The position numbers and the translations under genes are program-made. 64,000 nucleotides of DNA from an uncultured bacterium (lineage in GTDB: Bacteria > Chloroflexota > UBA5177 > JANWHV01): assembly GCA_963729625.1 (NCBI GenBank), contig CAVSOU010000010.1, positions 1,328,719-1,392,718 on the forward strand. The letters run 5' to 3'. This document shows positions 39,687-50,605 of this stretch, piece after piece. Each line of letters starts with the position of its first letter. The stretch's first letter is position 1. Below the pieces are notes generated by a model. That model was not told the DNA's origin, searched no databases, and saw only the letters and a list, made by a program, of their open reading frames with translations.

Positions 39687-41564
39687 CTATGTGTGGCCCG
39701 CTCCCGCTCCTTCAGACGGCTGCTCCAGCTGCGGGCCAAGTCCATAAACACGAATGGCGGTGGTCCGTCCCTTGACGTGGATATCGCCGAGTTGAGTGGG
39801 AGTGAGTTCTGCTCTGAGCTCGGGAGCCAGTGCGTCGACAACGGCCGCGCTGGCCACGATCGAGAAGCCGGAGTCCTTGGTATGGCTCTCCAGGCGTGAG
39901 GCAGTGTTGACTGTATCGCCGATCGCCGAGTATTCGCGCTTGGACGGCGCACCCATGACGCCAACAGCCGCCGGACCGTGATGCAGTCCGATGCCGACCG
40001 CAATCCGCAGGCCGAACGTAGTCGAGAATTCTTCGTTGAGGGCGTGCAGCCGTTGTTGCATTGCCAGCGCAGCGCGAACGGCCTTGGTTTGAGGCTCTGC
40101 GAGGTCGGAAGGCGCTCCAAACAGCGCCATGACGGCGTCTCCCACATATTTGTCGACCGTGCCATCCTGTCGCTGTATTTCTTCCACCATGGCACTGAAG
40201 TAGCGGCTCAAGAGCCGCACGATGGCCTGGGGCGGCAACCCTTCGGAGAGCGTTGTGAAGCCACGGATGTCGGAGAACAGGACCGTGATCTCGCGTAGCT
40301 CGCCCTCCAGACCAAAGGCGTCGGGATCATCGACGATACGCGATACCACGCCGGGCGCTACATACCGGCCGAAGAGCGAGCGAAGCTCGCGATGGGCGCG
40401 CTGCTCCGTGGAAAACCGCGCCCCAAGCACCGAAAGCGGCGCCAGTACAAGCGCGAGTGTCGGCGAGCTTACGTCGACCCACATGCTGGCTGCCAGGAAA
40501 GCCGCTACGCTTGCACCTAACGCGATCACCGTGAGGCAGGCTGTGACCAGCAAGGTTGTCAGAAGCCGGGCGCGAATCGCCCAAGCGGAGACCAGGATTG
40601 CCAAGGGGAAAGTAAGGAGAATCTGCATGGGCGTGCCGGGCCTCCGCAGCGGATCATGTTCCAGAAGGGTGTTAAGGGCGTTGGCATTCATCTCAATGCC
40701 ATACATGAGGTCGCTGCCGCCAAGGTTTTGCGCGTCGCCGCTGTCAACAGGCGTTGCGAAATAGTCCTTGTCGGTGCTCAGCTCATCGCCGATGGCCACG
40801 ATCGCGCCCTTGACGGCCGCTAGGTTCTGCGTGCCGTTGAGTACCGCGGCGAGCGAATATGTTGGGTACGTGGCGCCCGCAGGCCCGGCGAAATTGACCA
40901 GGAATGTGCCACCGCTCGTAGTCGGGTGCTCGCCGAGAGCGATCGCGGCTGCCAGGGCAAATGACGGCGGCGCACTGCCCGTAGCAGTTCGCACGGCCTC
41001 GATCCAATAGTTGTAGGCGCGATACTGAGCATTTGGGTCGTTGCTGTCCGGAGGCGGGAGGTTGACCACGCCGACTCCGCGCGCCGCCGCTGCAATGCTG
41101 CTTTGGAGCGGTACCAAGCTTATCGAATTCGTGTACATGGTCGAACCGAGCGCAATCTCCTGAGCGAGAATCACGTTGCCGGCTCGACGAATGGCGCTGC
41201 TCAACTGGGCAGTGCCGCTCCGATTGTCTTCGTAGAGACGGTCGACCGCGATGAGCCGTGCGCCGGCCGCGTGCAGGCGGTCCAGCAGCTGCGCGGTCGC
41301 CTCGCGCGACCAGCCGCCAAGCGCCTGGTCGCTGTTTTGGTCATACGCGACGATGATGATTGGGGCTCGCGGCGGATCGAGCCCAGCCAGGTGCCTCAGC
41401 GTAAACAACCGGCTCTGCCATGCAAGGTCCACCGGCTCGAAGGCGCCACGCAAGGCCATGGCGCCGCACACGAAAAGCACTGCAAGCGCGGCAACCGCAC
41501 AAGCGATTCGAGTTCTGCGGCGGGCGCGTTGCGCCGCTCCTCTAGGATTTCGCGTCTTCGGCAC
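39687..41564 (-). CDS. CHASE2-domain class III adenylate/guanylate cyclase
   Basis: W.RE..AQLL..L..AGA, D.FATP, YGIE..ANA; 3 TM; VLFSDIRGFT, DKYVGDA, IGDTVNTASRLE. Confidence 0.92.
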   Translation of the reverse strand: MPKTRNPRGAAQRARRRTRIACAVAALAVLFVCGAMALRGAFEPVDLAWQSRLFTLRHLAGLDPPRAPIIIVAYDQNSDQALGGWSREATAQLLDRLHAAGARLIAVDRLYEDNRSGTAQLSSAIRRAGNVILAQEIALGSTMYTNSISLVPLQSSIAAAARGVGVVNLPPPDSNDPNAQYRAYNYWIEAVRTATGSAPPSFALAAAIALGEHPTTSGGTFLVNFAGPAGATYPTYSLAAVLNGTQNLAAVKGAIVAIGDELSTDKDYFATPVDSGDAQNLGGSDLMYGIEMNANALNTLLEHDPLRRPGTPMQILLTFPLAILVSAWAIRARLLTTLLVTACLTVIALGASVAAFLAASMWVDVSSPTLALVLAPLSVLGARFSTEQRAHRELRSLFGRYVAPGVVSRIVDDPDAFGLEGELREITVLFSDIRGFTTLSEGLPPQAIVRLLSRYFSAMVEEIQRQDGTVDKYVGDAVMALFGAPSDLAEPQTKAVRAALAMQQRLHALNEEFSTTFGLRIAVGIGLHHGPAAVGVMGAPSKREYSAIGDTVNTASRLESHTKDSGFSIVASAAVVDALAPELRAELTPTQLGDIHVKGRTTAIRVYGLGPQLEQPSEGAGAGHT

Positions 41565-41680
41565 GTCTAGTTCCCGCCGCCAACAAAACATACAGGGCAC
41601 GCCGAAGCGCGATTGGAGCCGTCGTACGCTCGCCTTCGACTGCGTCCGTCAGATGACCTGGGCGTGCCCAAGTCGTCGTT

Positions 41681-43054
41681 TCAGACTGAAGCTGCCACAG
41701 CGAGTTCTGTTGAGTGCTGGAAGCCACTCGTTTCTCCCACGGCTGTCACTATGTGTGTGCCGGCCAACTCGATCACCGGAATAACAGCCGTAGTACTGAA
41801 CGTGCCATCAGCAAGCACAGAAGGCAACGTCAATTGTACTCCATCCATTGAAATCAGCACGAGCTCGGAAGCCTGGAAACCGGTACCGCTGACGGTCACA
41901 GTTTGACCAGGAATAACGGCTGAAGGGTTACCCGGCACCAAAGATGTAAATGCAATACGCAACGTAGGCGGCCGAAAAGCCGGCGCAGTCGCCGTCGGCG
42001 TCACTGTCGGCGTCCCAGTCGCGGTCACCCGGGGCGTGAACGCCTGCGTGCCGTGCGCGGTCACTGTTGGCGTGAGCGTCTGCGTGGCGGCCGCCGGCGC
42101 CCTATGGATCGCCGTCGGCGCCTTCGTAGCCGCGCTAACAGGCGGAAACAGGTTCGACGGCAACACGGCCGCCGTGGTGTTCGGCAGCGCCCTTACCCAC
42201 GACACGACCTTGCCCACATTCACGTTCTTGGGTGCACTCGGCGGCTGGTTGGCCACCACGGTCGCCTGCTGCCCGGCACGTACCAACGTTGATTTCCCAC
42301 GGTTGGTCACCTGCACGCGCCCCTCCAGCACCGTGACCACAAATGTCCGGCTCTTGGTCGTGTAGCGCACGTCGAACCGCGTTCCCTTGGTTGCCGCCAC
42401 CGCCGTGCCCGCCTGTACCAGATGGCTCGTTGCACCGTGCACTACCGCCAGGAACAGCTCCCCGCCGGTGAGTGTTGCGTGCAGCGGGTCCTTGATCAGC
42501 ACGTCGGTATTGCTGTTCAGATCTATCAGGGTGCCATCCCGCGCCGCCAGCGAGGCCAGTTGCGCCTGCCCCGTGAGCGCCTGGTAGTTCCCCAACAGGT
42601 CGCTGCCCACCGCGCCCATGTGGGCCCTGGCGTGTGGGACCAAAATACTCATGCCATGCACGATCGCCGCCACCGAGGCCGGCGGGCCCGGCACGATCGG
42701 CACCCCTAGCGTTGCGGCGCGAAACCCCGTCGCCGTGGCCTGCACCGTGGCGATGCCCAGCACGTTGGCGTGCACCATGATGGTGAGCGTTCCTCGTGCC
42801 GCGGTGCCCTGCAGCGTCTTGCCAACCCCGCTGATGCTGATATGCGCAGCGACCGGCTTGTTGCCCGAGCTGGTCACCACGATGTGCAGCCGGACGTCGC
42901 GTCCCACGTTGATACGATTCGGGGTGACCGTCACGTGCAGGGTGGCCGTCGGCGCCGCGTAGGATCGCGCGGCATCCGCAGGCAGACCCTGCAATGCAGC
43001 CAGCACCGACACGAGTGCGACCAGAAGTACTCGATCGAGACTACGCAAAAGCAC
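41681..43054 (-). CDS. Secreted FecR-domain protein with Thr/Pro linker and C-terminal Ig/IPT-like domain (paralog 3)
   Basis: Same N-terminal Ig-like + FecR region as paralogs 1 and 2; PGQTVTVSGTGF C-terminal domain. Confidence 0.8.
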   Translation of the reverse strand: MLLRSLDRVLLVALVSVLAALQGLPADAARSYAAPTATLHVTVTPNRINVGRDVRLHIVVTSSGNKPVAAHISISGVGKTLQGTAARGTLTIMVHANVLGIATVQATATGFRAATLGVPIVPGPPASVAAIVHGMSILVPHARAHMGAVGSDLLGNYQALTGQAQLASLAARDGTLIDLNSNTDVLIKDPLHATLTGGELFLAVVHGATSHLVQAGTAVAATKGTRFDVRYTTKSRTFVVTVLEGRVQVTNRGKSTLVRAGQQATVVANQPPSAPKNVNVGKVVSWVRALPNTTAAVLPSNLFPPVSAATKAPTAIHRAPAAATQTLTPTVTAHGTQAFTPRVTATGTPTVTPTATAPAFRPPTLRIAFTSLVPGNPSAVIPGQTVTVSGTGFQASELVLISMDGVQLTLPSVLADGTFSTTAVIPVIELAGTHIVTAVGETSGFQHSTELAVAASV

Positions 43055-43189
43055 TCCGGAGGAAGGGGGGGTTGCAGGCGCCCAGCCGATAGGACATAAT
43101 TCACGCTACCTTGTTGCGGTGGTGTCGTCAAGCAGAGTGCCTTCGCGTTCCAGGGTCCGCAAATAGTCGTCTGCCCCTTCAGACTCTCT

Positions 43190-43510
43190 ATGTCAGGGGG
43201 CTCGCCCACGGCGGTCGACCATCAGATATACGGCCTCCCCTGGGCACCGAGTTGCTCCTTCGGCCAGAATGGTTTCAGCTGCAATGCTCGCGAGTCGATC
43301 AAGCTACTGCTGACATTACTGCGCGCTGCCTTCCCTACCTTCAGCACTGCCATCGTCGACCATGCTGCTACGGACAACATGATCTTCGGCAGGGCTAGCA
43401 CTACGGGGACCTTTACAGGTACGGCTACAACGGTTGGTGGTTCACACATTACACCGACGAACCAGTCATTCAGCATTGAGATTCACGACCAGTTTCGGTT
43501 TGAGCGCCTC
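43190..43510 (+). pseudogene. Fragment of a SnoaL-like ester cyclase gene
   Basis: LRAAFP.....IVD......GTFTG....PTNQSF..EIHDQFRFE; lacks a normal N- and C-terminus. Confidence 0.45.
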
Positions 43511-43572
43511 TCCGATTACCAGTTGAGCCGGGGCCAGACCCAGCGCTCTGCCGTGACCCTCACCCCAGATCT

Positions 43573-43659
43573 CAGGCCGGCGTGGACTTCCCGCCGCACC
43601 GCCTCTTCACGCTGGTAGCCGCACAGGAAGATCGTCTTCACGGCCCGGCCCAGTTCGAG
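43573..43659 (-). mobile_element. Tn3-family transposase remnant
   Basis: LELGRAVKTIFLCGY..EEAVRREVHAGL resembles the Tn3 DDE segment ELGRxxxTIFxxxY...LRREIHxGL. Confidence 0.65.
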
Positions 43660-43784
43660 GTGCACGGGAAGTGCCGTGCCCGGGTGAAGAATCGGCACTC
43701 GGCCGCAGGCGTGCGCATCCTCGTCCGCCCACCCGTTTGCCGATTATGGCGTGCCCCCCCAACGATGCCGGCTGCTGCCCCTGG

Positions 43785-44225
43785 TCAGGGTCCCGCGTCG
43801 TCTGCCACTCCCTCCTGATCCGCAAGGCGGTTCAGAAACACAGCGGGCGTGACGATAGGTGGCCGGCAACCGGTCAGCCCGGTGAGATGCGGGTCGCCGG
43901 AGACCAGGTAGTCGACGCCCGCCTGTTGCGCCAGCGCGATCAGATAGTCATCGTCCGGATCGGGAGAGAGCGCCAGGGGCGGGGGACCGTCCGGCTGGAT
44001 ACGGGCGATTGTCCCCACGAGTGCCACGTACCGCCGCGCCTCCTCTGCTGAAAAGTAGCGCCGGAACTTGGCCCGCTGCAAAACCTCGTCCAGTTCAGCC
44101 AGCACCAGGGGGGAGGCAACAAGCACATAGCGACCGTCAAGAGCGGCCGAGAGCACCCGTCCACACACGCCGTGCGGCGTGATTGCGGCGGCGATCAGGA
44201 CGCCGGGATCGAGGACGGCCTCCAC
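43785..44225 (-). CDS. PIN-domain toxin (type II TA)
   Basis: VLDPGVLI, ELDEVL, DPDDDY, LVSGDPHL. Confidence 0.88.
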   Translation of the reverse strand: MEAVLDPGVLIAAAITPHGVCGRVLSAALDGRYVLVASPLVLAELDEVLQRAKFRRYFSAEEARRYVALVGTIARIQPDGPPPLALSPDPDDDYLIALAQQAGVDYLVSGDPHLTGLTGCRPPIVTPAVFLNRLADQEGVADDAGP

Positions 44226-44228
44226 CGG

Positions 44229-44504
44229 CTAGACAGAGGGTCGTGCACGGCGGGCCTCGTGCAGTTCGATGTTTGCCAGGTGCAGGGCTTCCTCGTCGTC
44301 CAGATCGGCACGCGGCGCAACCTGGTCGAGCAGGTTGCGGAGCGCGTCTCGGCTCGTGGGAACGGCAGCCTCGCGCAAATACCGGCGCAACGCCTCTTCA
44401 AGTACCTCGTATTCATGGCGACCGGTGCTCGCCGCGAACACCTTTGCTGCACGGAGCAGCTCAGGGTCGACGTAGATCGTGGTCTTCTTGCGGCTACTGT
44501 TCAT
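44229..44504 (-). CDS. Ribbon-helix-helix antitoxin
   Basis: KKTTIYVDPELL..AK..A....EVLEEALRRYL; 3 bp upstream of the PIN gene. Confidence 0.8.
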   Translation of the reverse strand: MNSSRKKTTIYVDPELLRAAKVFAASTGRHEYEVLEEALRRYLREAAVPTSRDALRNLLDQVAPRADLDDEEALHLANIELHEARRARPSV

Positions 44505-44511
44505 AGCCGAT

Positions 44512-44540
44512 AGTCTAGAGGTTTTCTGTCTTTCGTTCAA
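44512..44540 (-). promoter_or_regulatory. Sigma70-type promoter of the TA operon, probably leaderless
   Basis: TTGAAC-17 bp-TAGACT, 7 bp before ATG 44504; no SD sequence. Confidence 0.55.
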
Positions 44541-45214
44541 TACGTACTGCAACACCCTTTGCAAAGTGTTCCCTGCTACATCGACGTGCGCTACATCCAC
44601 GTTCACGTCGCCTGCGGTGAGCGATGGCACTGACGGTGTTGGTTCGCCGTTCCAGATGGCTAATTTGCACTTGGCTGCAGCTTCCGTGACACTGGGCCCT
44701 ATTCCGTCGCGCACCCTGCAAGGTGACGCCCAGCCGATGCCGATAGTCTCTCGGCAGTTGCGGCCCGTCACATCCGACTAGTGTTCCTACCGGCGGCAGG
44801 CAGGGTTCGGCTCCGCGGCACGAACCTTGCCTGCTGCTGTATGTCCGTGCCGGGCCGGTCGGGGCCACCGCGTGCTGCCCGCCGTCCGGTGCGCAACTGC
44901 GTGCTTCGCTAGGCGTCTCACCCGCGCCATCCAAGGGGGCAGTGGCACTGCGTTGGTCCTCAGGGCCGGCGCTCCAAACATTCAGCCGAGCAACTGAGGC
45001 ATCCGTTGGCCTGTACAACCCGAATTCGTAGCCCGGCCACGGGCGCAGGCGCCTTCATCGGTCACGCCTAGATGCGCCATGCTCTGGCCTGGCAGGCTCA
45101 GCACGGTCGCACACAAGCGCCATGACGCTCGGGCGCCTCCAGATCCGTGAAGACGGGCGCGCCGAAGCGCTACCCTGATGGGCAGCGTGTAGTCGTGAAG
45201 CAGAGTGGGCGTCG

Positions 45215-46537
45215 ATGACCGAGCGACCTGGACACGGGCAGAAGCCGTCGCTGATTACGGGTGTGGGCTATGCCCTGCGAGCGGCCCGCGGGCTCTTCAC
45301 GCTCAATCTGCCGGTATCGGCCAGGGTCAGACGTGACTTCAAGCTGGATCTGCTGGGCGCCGTCCTGTATGGTGTGTTCAACGGCGCCGTCGTGGGGTAC
45401 ATGCTGGTGGTCGCGCGCACGATTGGCGTCAGCCAGACCGGCATCGGCTTCCTCGTGGCCACACCGGCCCTTGGCGCTATACTGTCCCTACCGGTGTCGC
45501 TCGCCGTCACCGGCGCTCGCTCGCGGCTCTTCCTCCTGCTGACCTTCTACCTTGGCCGCGCCCCGCTGCTGCTGTTGCTGTTCCTCGCCTCTCCATCTCC
45601 CTATCTGGTCGCGGCCTCCACGTTCTTCATCTTCGGCAGCCTCTCGTCGCCGTTCTACGCTGAGGTCATGCAGCATGTGTACCCAAGTGAATTCCGCGGA
45701 CGCCTCATGAGCCTGGTACGCATCGGTACGGGTGTGGCCACCACCCTGTCGTCGCTGGCTGCCGCGTATCTCCTGGGCGCGGGGAAGGTGTCGTACCAGG
45801 TCATGTTTGCCCTGGGTGCCGTGCTGGCACTGGCCGCGACCGTCGTGTTCGCGAGGATCACGCCGGTTCGGCCGCCGCCCCGGCCGCGACAATCCCTCCG
45901 CGACACGTTCGGGATCCTGGTGCGCGACAAGCCGTTTGCGCACTTTCAGCTGGCCCTCTATTGCATGGGCATCGGCAATATCATGGCCGGCACGCTCTAT
46001 CCGCTGGTTATTGTCGACAAGCTCCACGCCGGTTACGGGCCGTTCGGCGTGCTCGCGGTGATTACGTCGCTGGGCTATCTCGTGTCCTGGCTCGGTTGGG
46101 GTCGCGTCGTCGATCGGGCCGGCCCGGTGCCGACCATCCTGCTGGCCCAGGTATTCAATCTGGCACTGCCCGCCGGGATGCTGGTGGCCCCCAGCGTCTA
46201 CTGGCTCGCTCCCGCCATGTTCTTGAATGGCGTCTCCAACGCCGGTTTCGAAATCGGGCCTTTTGCCTCGTCCATACACTTCAGCGCAGCAACACCCCAG
46301 GAAGTGCCCAGGTATATGGCGCTGCATTCACTGCTGTACGGCACGCGCGGACTGGCCTGTCCGTTCATCGCCACGCTGTTGCTCGCCGGCAATCGATTCA
46401 CGTTGTCGATCGGCACGTCGTTGGTGATGGCGGTCGCCGGTGCCGTCCTGATGGGGCGCCTCTTTGCGATTGCGCGGCATACGGATCGGGCTCGACAGGA
46501 GACCAACGGCCGAGAGCAGTGGAACACTGGGGCGTGA
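45215..46537 (+). CDS. MFS transporter
   Basis: About 12 TM; YPSEFRGR, WGRVVDRAG. Confidence 0.85.
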   Translation: MTERPGHGQKPSLITGVGYALRAARGLFTLNLPVSARVRRDFKLDLLGAVLYGVFNGAVVGYMLVVARTIGVSQTGIGFLVATPALGAILSLPVSLAVTGARSRLFLLLTFYLGRAPLLLLLFLASPSPYLVAASTFFIFGSLSSPFYAEVMQHVYPSEFRGRLMSLVRIGTGVATTLSSLAAAYLLGAGKVSYQVMFALGAVLALAATVVFARITPVRPPPRPRQSLRDTFGILVRDKPFAHFQLALYCMGIGNIMAGTLYPLVIVDKLHAGYGPFGVLAVITSLGYLVSWLGWGRVVDRAGPVPTILLAQVFNLALPAGMLVAPSVYWLAPAMFLNGVSNAGFEIGPFASSIHFSAATPQEVPRYMALHSLLYGTRGLACPFIATLLLAGNRFTLSIGTSLVMAVAGAVLMGRLFAIARHTDRARQETNGREQWNTGA

Positions 46538-46797
46538 TCGACAATCTTGTCCTGCTGCTCGAGCTCCAGGGTTTCGATCCTACCAAGCCTCCCTTTACTA
46601 ATCCGAAGAATCTTCCTACGTACCCTGTCGGCCTCTAGCGCTGAACGTCGAACGACCTCATCGGCAGCCTGATCGGTGCCGTTACCGCCGGGCAAGCCCA
46701 AGAGCGACTCGCCCGGCATGGTCTTTCCCGGGACAGCCATGTAACGCGTTGGCCAGGACCTCCGGCTTTCTACCAGCTAGGTTGCCGGGCGATCCGC

Positions 46798-48286
46798 CTA
46801 GGCAGGCATCGAAGCCAGGCGATCCGTCCCCGTTTCATGGGCCTGCTTCGGCGCCGGGAGCAGCACGAAAGTAAGCAGAACGCCCACTGCCAGCACAATT
46901 GCCGAGCCCGCGAAAGCGTAGTGATAGCCATCGATCCGCGCTGAGGCAGTGGATATCCAGTATGCCGGCAGTGGAAACTGCCCCACCTGGACATGATTCG
47001 CGGTGATGACATGATTGAAGCGCGTGGTGGACACCGTGACCAGGGCGGCTAAACCGACTGCGCCGCCAACCTGCTGCGACGCGTTGATCAGGCCGGAAGC
47101 CAGGCCAATCTCCTTCGGATCGACTCCCGCTACCGCGGCAATTGGCAATGGCACAAAGATGCAGCCCAGTCCTACCGCCACGATCAGCATGCCGGGGATG
47201 AGGTTCAGGCCGTACGAGCCGTTCACCGGGAGGGCGAGGAACAGCAGCAGGCCGATGGTGGTCAAGGCCATGCCGATGGCGATGATGTACTTAAAGCCAA
47301 ACCGTGTCACCAGCCCCGAGGCAATGCCTGCAGTCACCGAAATCGCGATCGCCATCGGCAAGAACGAAAGCCCAGCCTTGAGCGCAGTCCAGTTCAGCAC
47401 GATCTGGGTGTAGAGCGAGAGGAAGTAGAACAGCGCCACGATCACCAGGCCGGTCAGGAACCCCAGAACGTTCGCCACGGCAAGCGATTGATTCCGGAAG
47501 ATTCCCAGCCGCAGCAGCGGGGCATGAGAGCGCATCTCGGTCACGATAAAGACCGCGAGCAGTACCGCGGCCAGGACAAAGAAGCCTATCGTCTGGCGCC
47601 GAGCCCCAGCCGTTGTCCGGAGCCTTGACCACGGCGTAAACGATGGAGCAGAGCCCACCGGTAACTGAGGCAGCGCCGAGCAAATCGAACGCGCCCGGCT
47701 TGTAGGTACCATGAAGCGCAGGAATGAATACAGGGCTGAGCGCGATGACCGCGATGCCAATCGGCACGTTGACATAGAATACCCACTCCCAGCCAAAGTC
47801 GGAGGTCAGGACGCCACCTAGCAGCACGCCGAGCGCGGCGCCGAATCCGGCCAGTGCGCCGTAAATCCCCAGCGCCTTATTGCGAGCCGATCCCTCGGAA
47901 AACAGGCTGCTCACGATTGAGAGTGCCACCGGCGAGATAATCGCACCACCCAGACCCTGGACTGCACGGGCGATGACCAACCAACCGGCATTCTGCGCAA
48001 GCCCGCACATAAACGAAGCCAGCACGAAGAGCGCCATGCCACCAACGAACATACGACGCCTTCCGAACAGGTCGCCCGCGCGCCCGCCCAATAACAGGAA
48101 TCCGCCAAACACCAGCACGTAGATGTTGACCACCCACTGCAAATCTTCCTGGGTAAACTTCAGCCCCCGCTGGATCGAGGGCAGGGCTACGTTGATGATC
48201 GAAATATCGAGCACAATCATCAGCTGCGCGATGGCGGCCAGACTAAACGCGGCCCACGGGCGGGTTGACTGCGAACCTGTTGCCAC
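46798..48286 (-). CDS. DHA2 (EmrB/QacA-type) MFS efflux pump, split by one frameshift near 47596
   Basis: LDISIINVALPSI, GGRAGDLFGRRR, ARAVQGLGGA, WVFYVNVPIG; C-terminal half continues in another frame. Confidence 0.85.
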
Positions 48287-48724
48287 GGTAATCCCCTTCT
48301 CCTTATTCAGCACCAATCTGGCGCATAAAAGCCATAACACGCACGACTCGGCTGGGCATCATGGTGAGCACCAGCCCCCGCATGCCCATCTCCTCGCGGG
48401 ACACTGTCTGCGTCTCGCCTGCCCTCCACCAAGTCATGGCCACGACCAACTGGTGGCGGCCTAATCTGCCCGCGGACGCATCGGCGAGCGCGGGCAGCCT
48501 CAGTCGCACAAGGCCACTGTAGATTCCTCCTACTTTACACTATAGTTTCTGCTCATACTTCGCAATGCCAGGGGTGCAGCAAAGTGCCGGCAGCGGCAGC
48601 CGCGGAAGTATGCATGCCGGATTGTGCCAGCCCTTCAGGATACCCTACCAGACGTTAACGCCTCACACCTTGACGAGCGCTCGTCGCACCCCGTGCACGC
48701 TTCCCAAGCCGCGAATGAGGTAGC

Positions 48725-50605
48725 ATGGTATGCGACATGGCACCGTGCCAGAGCGAGAGGGTGAGGGCATTGGCTGCGGAGACATCACGCGTGCGCCACG
48801 ATCAAGTACTGTCCACGTCCGGCCGGCGCGTTCTACGGACGCCGCCCTCGCCCGCGCCTGAGCCTGAAGCTGCCGGCCGGCGCCACGCTCCTGCCGGCGC
48901 ACGAACGGCGCAAGCGCTCAGCAGGGCGAGCGGCGTCTTGCTTCACCCCACCTCGCTGCCGGGGCCGTACGGGATCGGCGACCTCGGACCGAGTGCCTAT
49001 CAGTTCGTCGACTTCCTGGCTGCCGCGGCCCAGACGTACTGGCAGATCTTGCCGCTGGGGCCCGTCGGCGCCGGCAATTCGCCCTACCAATGCTACTCGG
49101 CCTTCGCCGGCAACCCCCTCCTGATCAGCCCACGCCTGCTCGTCGACGAGGGCCTCCTGCCGGACGACGCACTCGACGGGGCGCCCTCATTCCCGGTGGA
49201 CCACGTGGACTACGAGGCAGTGGCGGTGTACAAGCAGCGGCTGCTCGCCGAGGCCCATGCGCACTATCGGCTCCGGGGCACCCCCGCCCTGCGGCGCGCC
49301 ATGGACGACTTTGTCGCTGCGCATCGCGCATGGCTGGAACCGTTCGCACTCTATATGGCCCTCAAAGATGCGCACGAGGGCCGACCCTGGACTGAGTGGG
49401 AACCTGACATCGCAGCGCGAGAGCCTGAAGCGGTTGCGGTCTGGAGATCGCGACTGCAGGAGGACGTCAGTTGCCACTGCTACAGCCAGTATCTGTTCTT
49501 CCACCAATGGCGCCGCCTGAAGGACTACGCGGCGGGCAAGGGCATCCGCGTCATCGGCGACGCGCCCATCTTCGTGGCCCACGAGAGCGCCGACTGCTGG
49601 GCCGCTCCCGAGCTGTTCTGGCTCCGCCCAGATGGGAGGCCGTCATTCGTCGCCGGTGTGCCGCCTGACTATTTCAGTGCCACTGGTCAGCTCTGGGGCA
49701 ATGCGCTGTACCGCTGGGATGTGCTCACGGCAGACGGGTATCGGTGGTGGATCGAGCGCCTTCGCCTGCTCCTGGCCACGGTCGACCTGCTGCGCCTGGA
49801 CCACTTCCGCGGCTTCGCCGGATTTTGGGCGATACCGGGCGATGCGCCGACGGCGGAAACCGGTCACTGGGAGCCGGGACCGGGTGTCCCCTTCTTCGCG
49901 GCTATTCAGCAGGCTCTTGGCCGCTTGCCACTCATTGCCGAGGATCTCGGTGTGATCACGCCGGACGTCGTTCGCATGCGCGAGCGTTTTGGCTTCCCGG
50001 GCATGCGGGTGCTGCAGTTCGCCTTCGACGCCTTCGAGGAAGGGGCGGGCAATCCGCACCTGCCCCACAATCATGTGCGGAACTCCATTGTCTATACGGG
50101 GACGCACGACAATGACACCACCGCCGGGTGGTACGCGGGCCTCCCACCGCGCCGCCGGCGCTACGTGCGAGCGTATGCGCGCTCCACGCGGACAGGCCCG
50201 GACGCCGTGGCGTGGGACCTCGTGCGCATGGCGCAGGCCTCCGTCGCCCAAATCGCGGTAGCCCCGTTGCAGGACCTCCTTGGGCTGGGGAACATGGCAC
50301 GCATGAACCTTCCGGGGACGCCAGCGGGCAACTGGCAGTGGCGGTTTGCGGCGGAGGCATTGACGGAGGACCTGGCGACTCGACTCGCGCACCTCACCCG
50401 CCTGTTCGGGCGCGGCCCTGCCGGGCGACCCTTCCGCTGGCTCTGGCACAACCGGCGAAAGTGTACCCGCGGCAGGGCACGGTGTGAAGCGCCCTTGAGT
50501 GGTACCCCTACCGCCCCAGCCTCCCGCTCCGCCCGTGGTGCGCGAGGCGGACCGGAATGGACGCTCCGACGCCGCGCAGCATGGTCCGTCACCGCCCAGA
50601 GATAG
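48725..50605 (+). CDS. malQ: 4-alpha-glucanotransferase / amylomaltase (GH77)
   Basis: RASGVLLHPTSLPG, GVPPDYFSATGQLWGN, RLDHFRG, IAEDLG, THDNDT, MNLPG; both termini uncertain. Confidence 0.93.
   Translation: MVCDMAPCQSERVRALAAETSRVRHDQVLSTSGRRVLRTPPSPAPEPEAAGRRHAPAGARTAQALSRASGVLLHPTSLPGPYGIGDLGPSAYQFVDFLAAAAQTYWQILPLGPVGAGNSPYQCYSAFAGNPLLISPRLLVDEGLLPDDALDGAPSFPVDHVDYEAVAVYKQRLLAEAHAHYRLRGTPALRRAMDDFVAAHRAWLEPFALYMALKDAHEGRPWTEWEPDIAAREPEAVAVWRSRLQEDVSCHCYSQYLFFHQWRRLKDYAAGKGIRVIGDAPIFVAHESADCWAAPELFWLRPDGRPSFVAGVPPDYFSATGQLWGNALYRWDVLTADGYRWWIERLRLLLATVDLLRLDHFRGFAGFWAIPGDAPTAETGHWEPGPGVPFFAAIQQALGRLPLIAEDLGVITPDVVRMRERFGFPGMRVLQFAFDAFEEGAGNPHLPHNHVRNSIVYTGTHDNDTTAGWYAGLPPRRRRYVRAYARSTRTGPDAVAWDLVRMAQASVAQIAVAPLQDLLGLGNMARMNLPGTPAGNWQWRFAAEALTEDLATRLAHLTRLFGRGPAGRPFRWLWHNRRKCTRGRARCEAPLSGTPTAPASRSARGARGGPEWTLRRRAAWSVTAQR

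Noticed and set aside
41980-42130. Short GTCGGCGTC-type repeats
   Set aside because: Encode a Thr/Pro/Ala linker
44540-45200. Possible gene or ncRNA in the long spacer
   Set aside because: No convincing ORF, RBS or recognisable RNA motif
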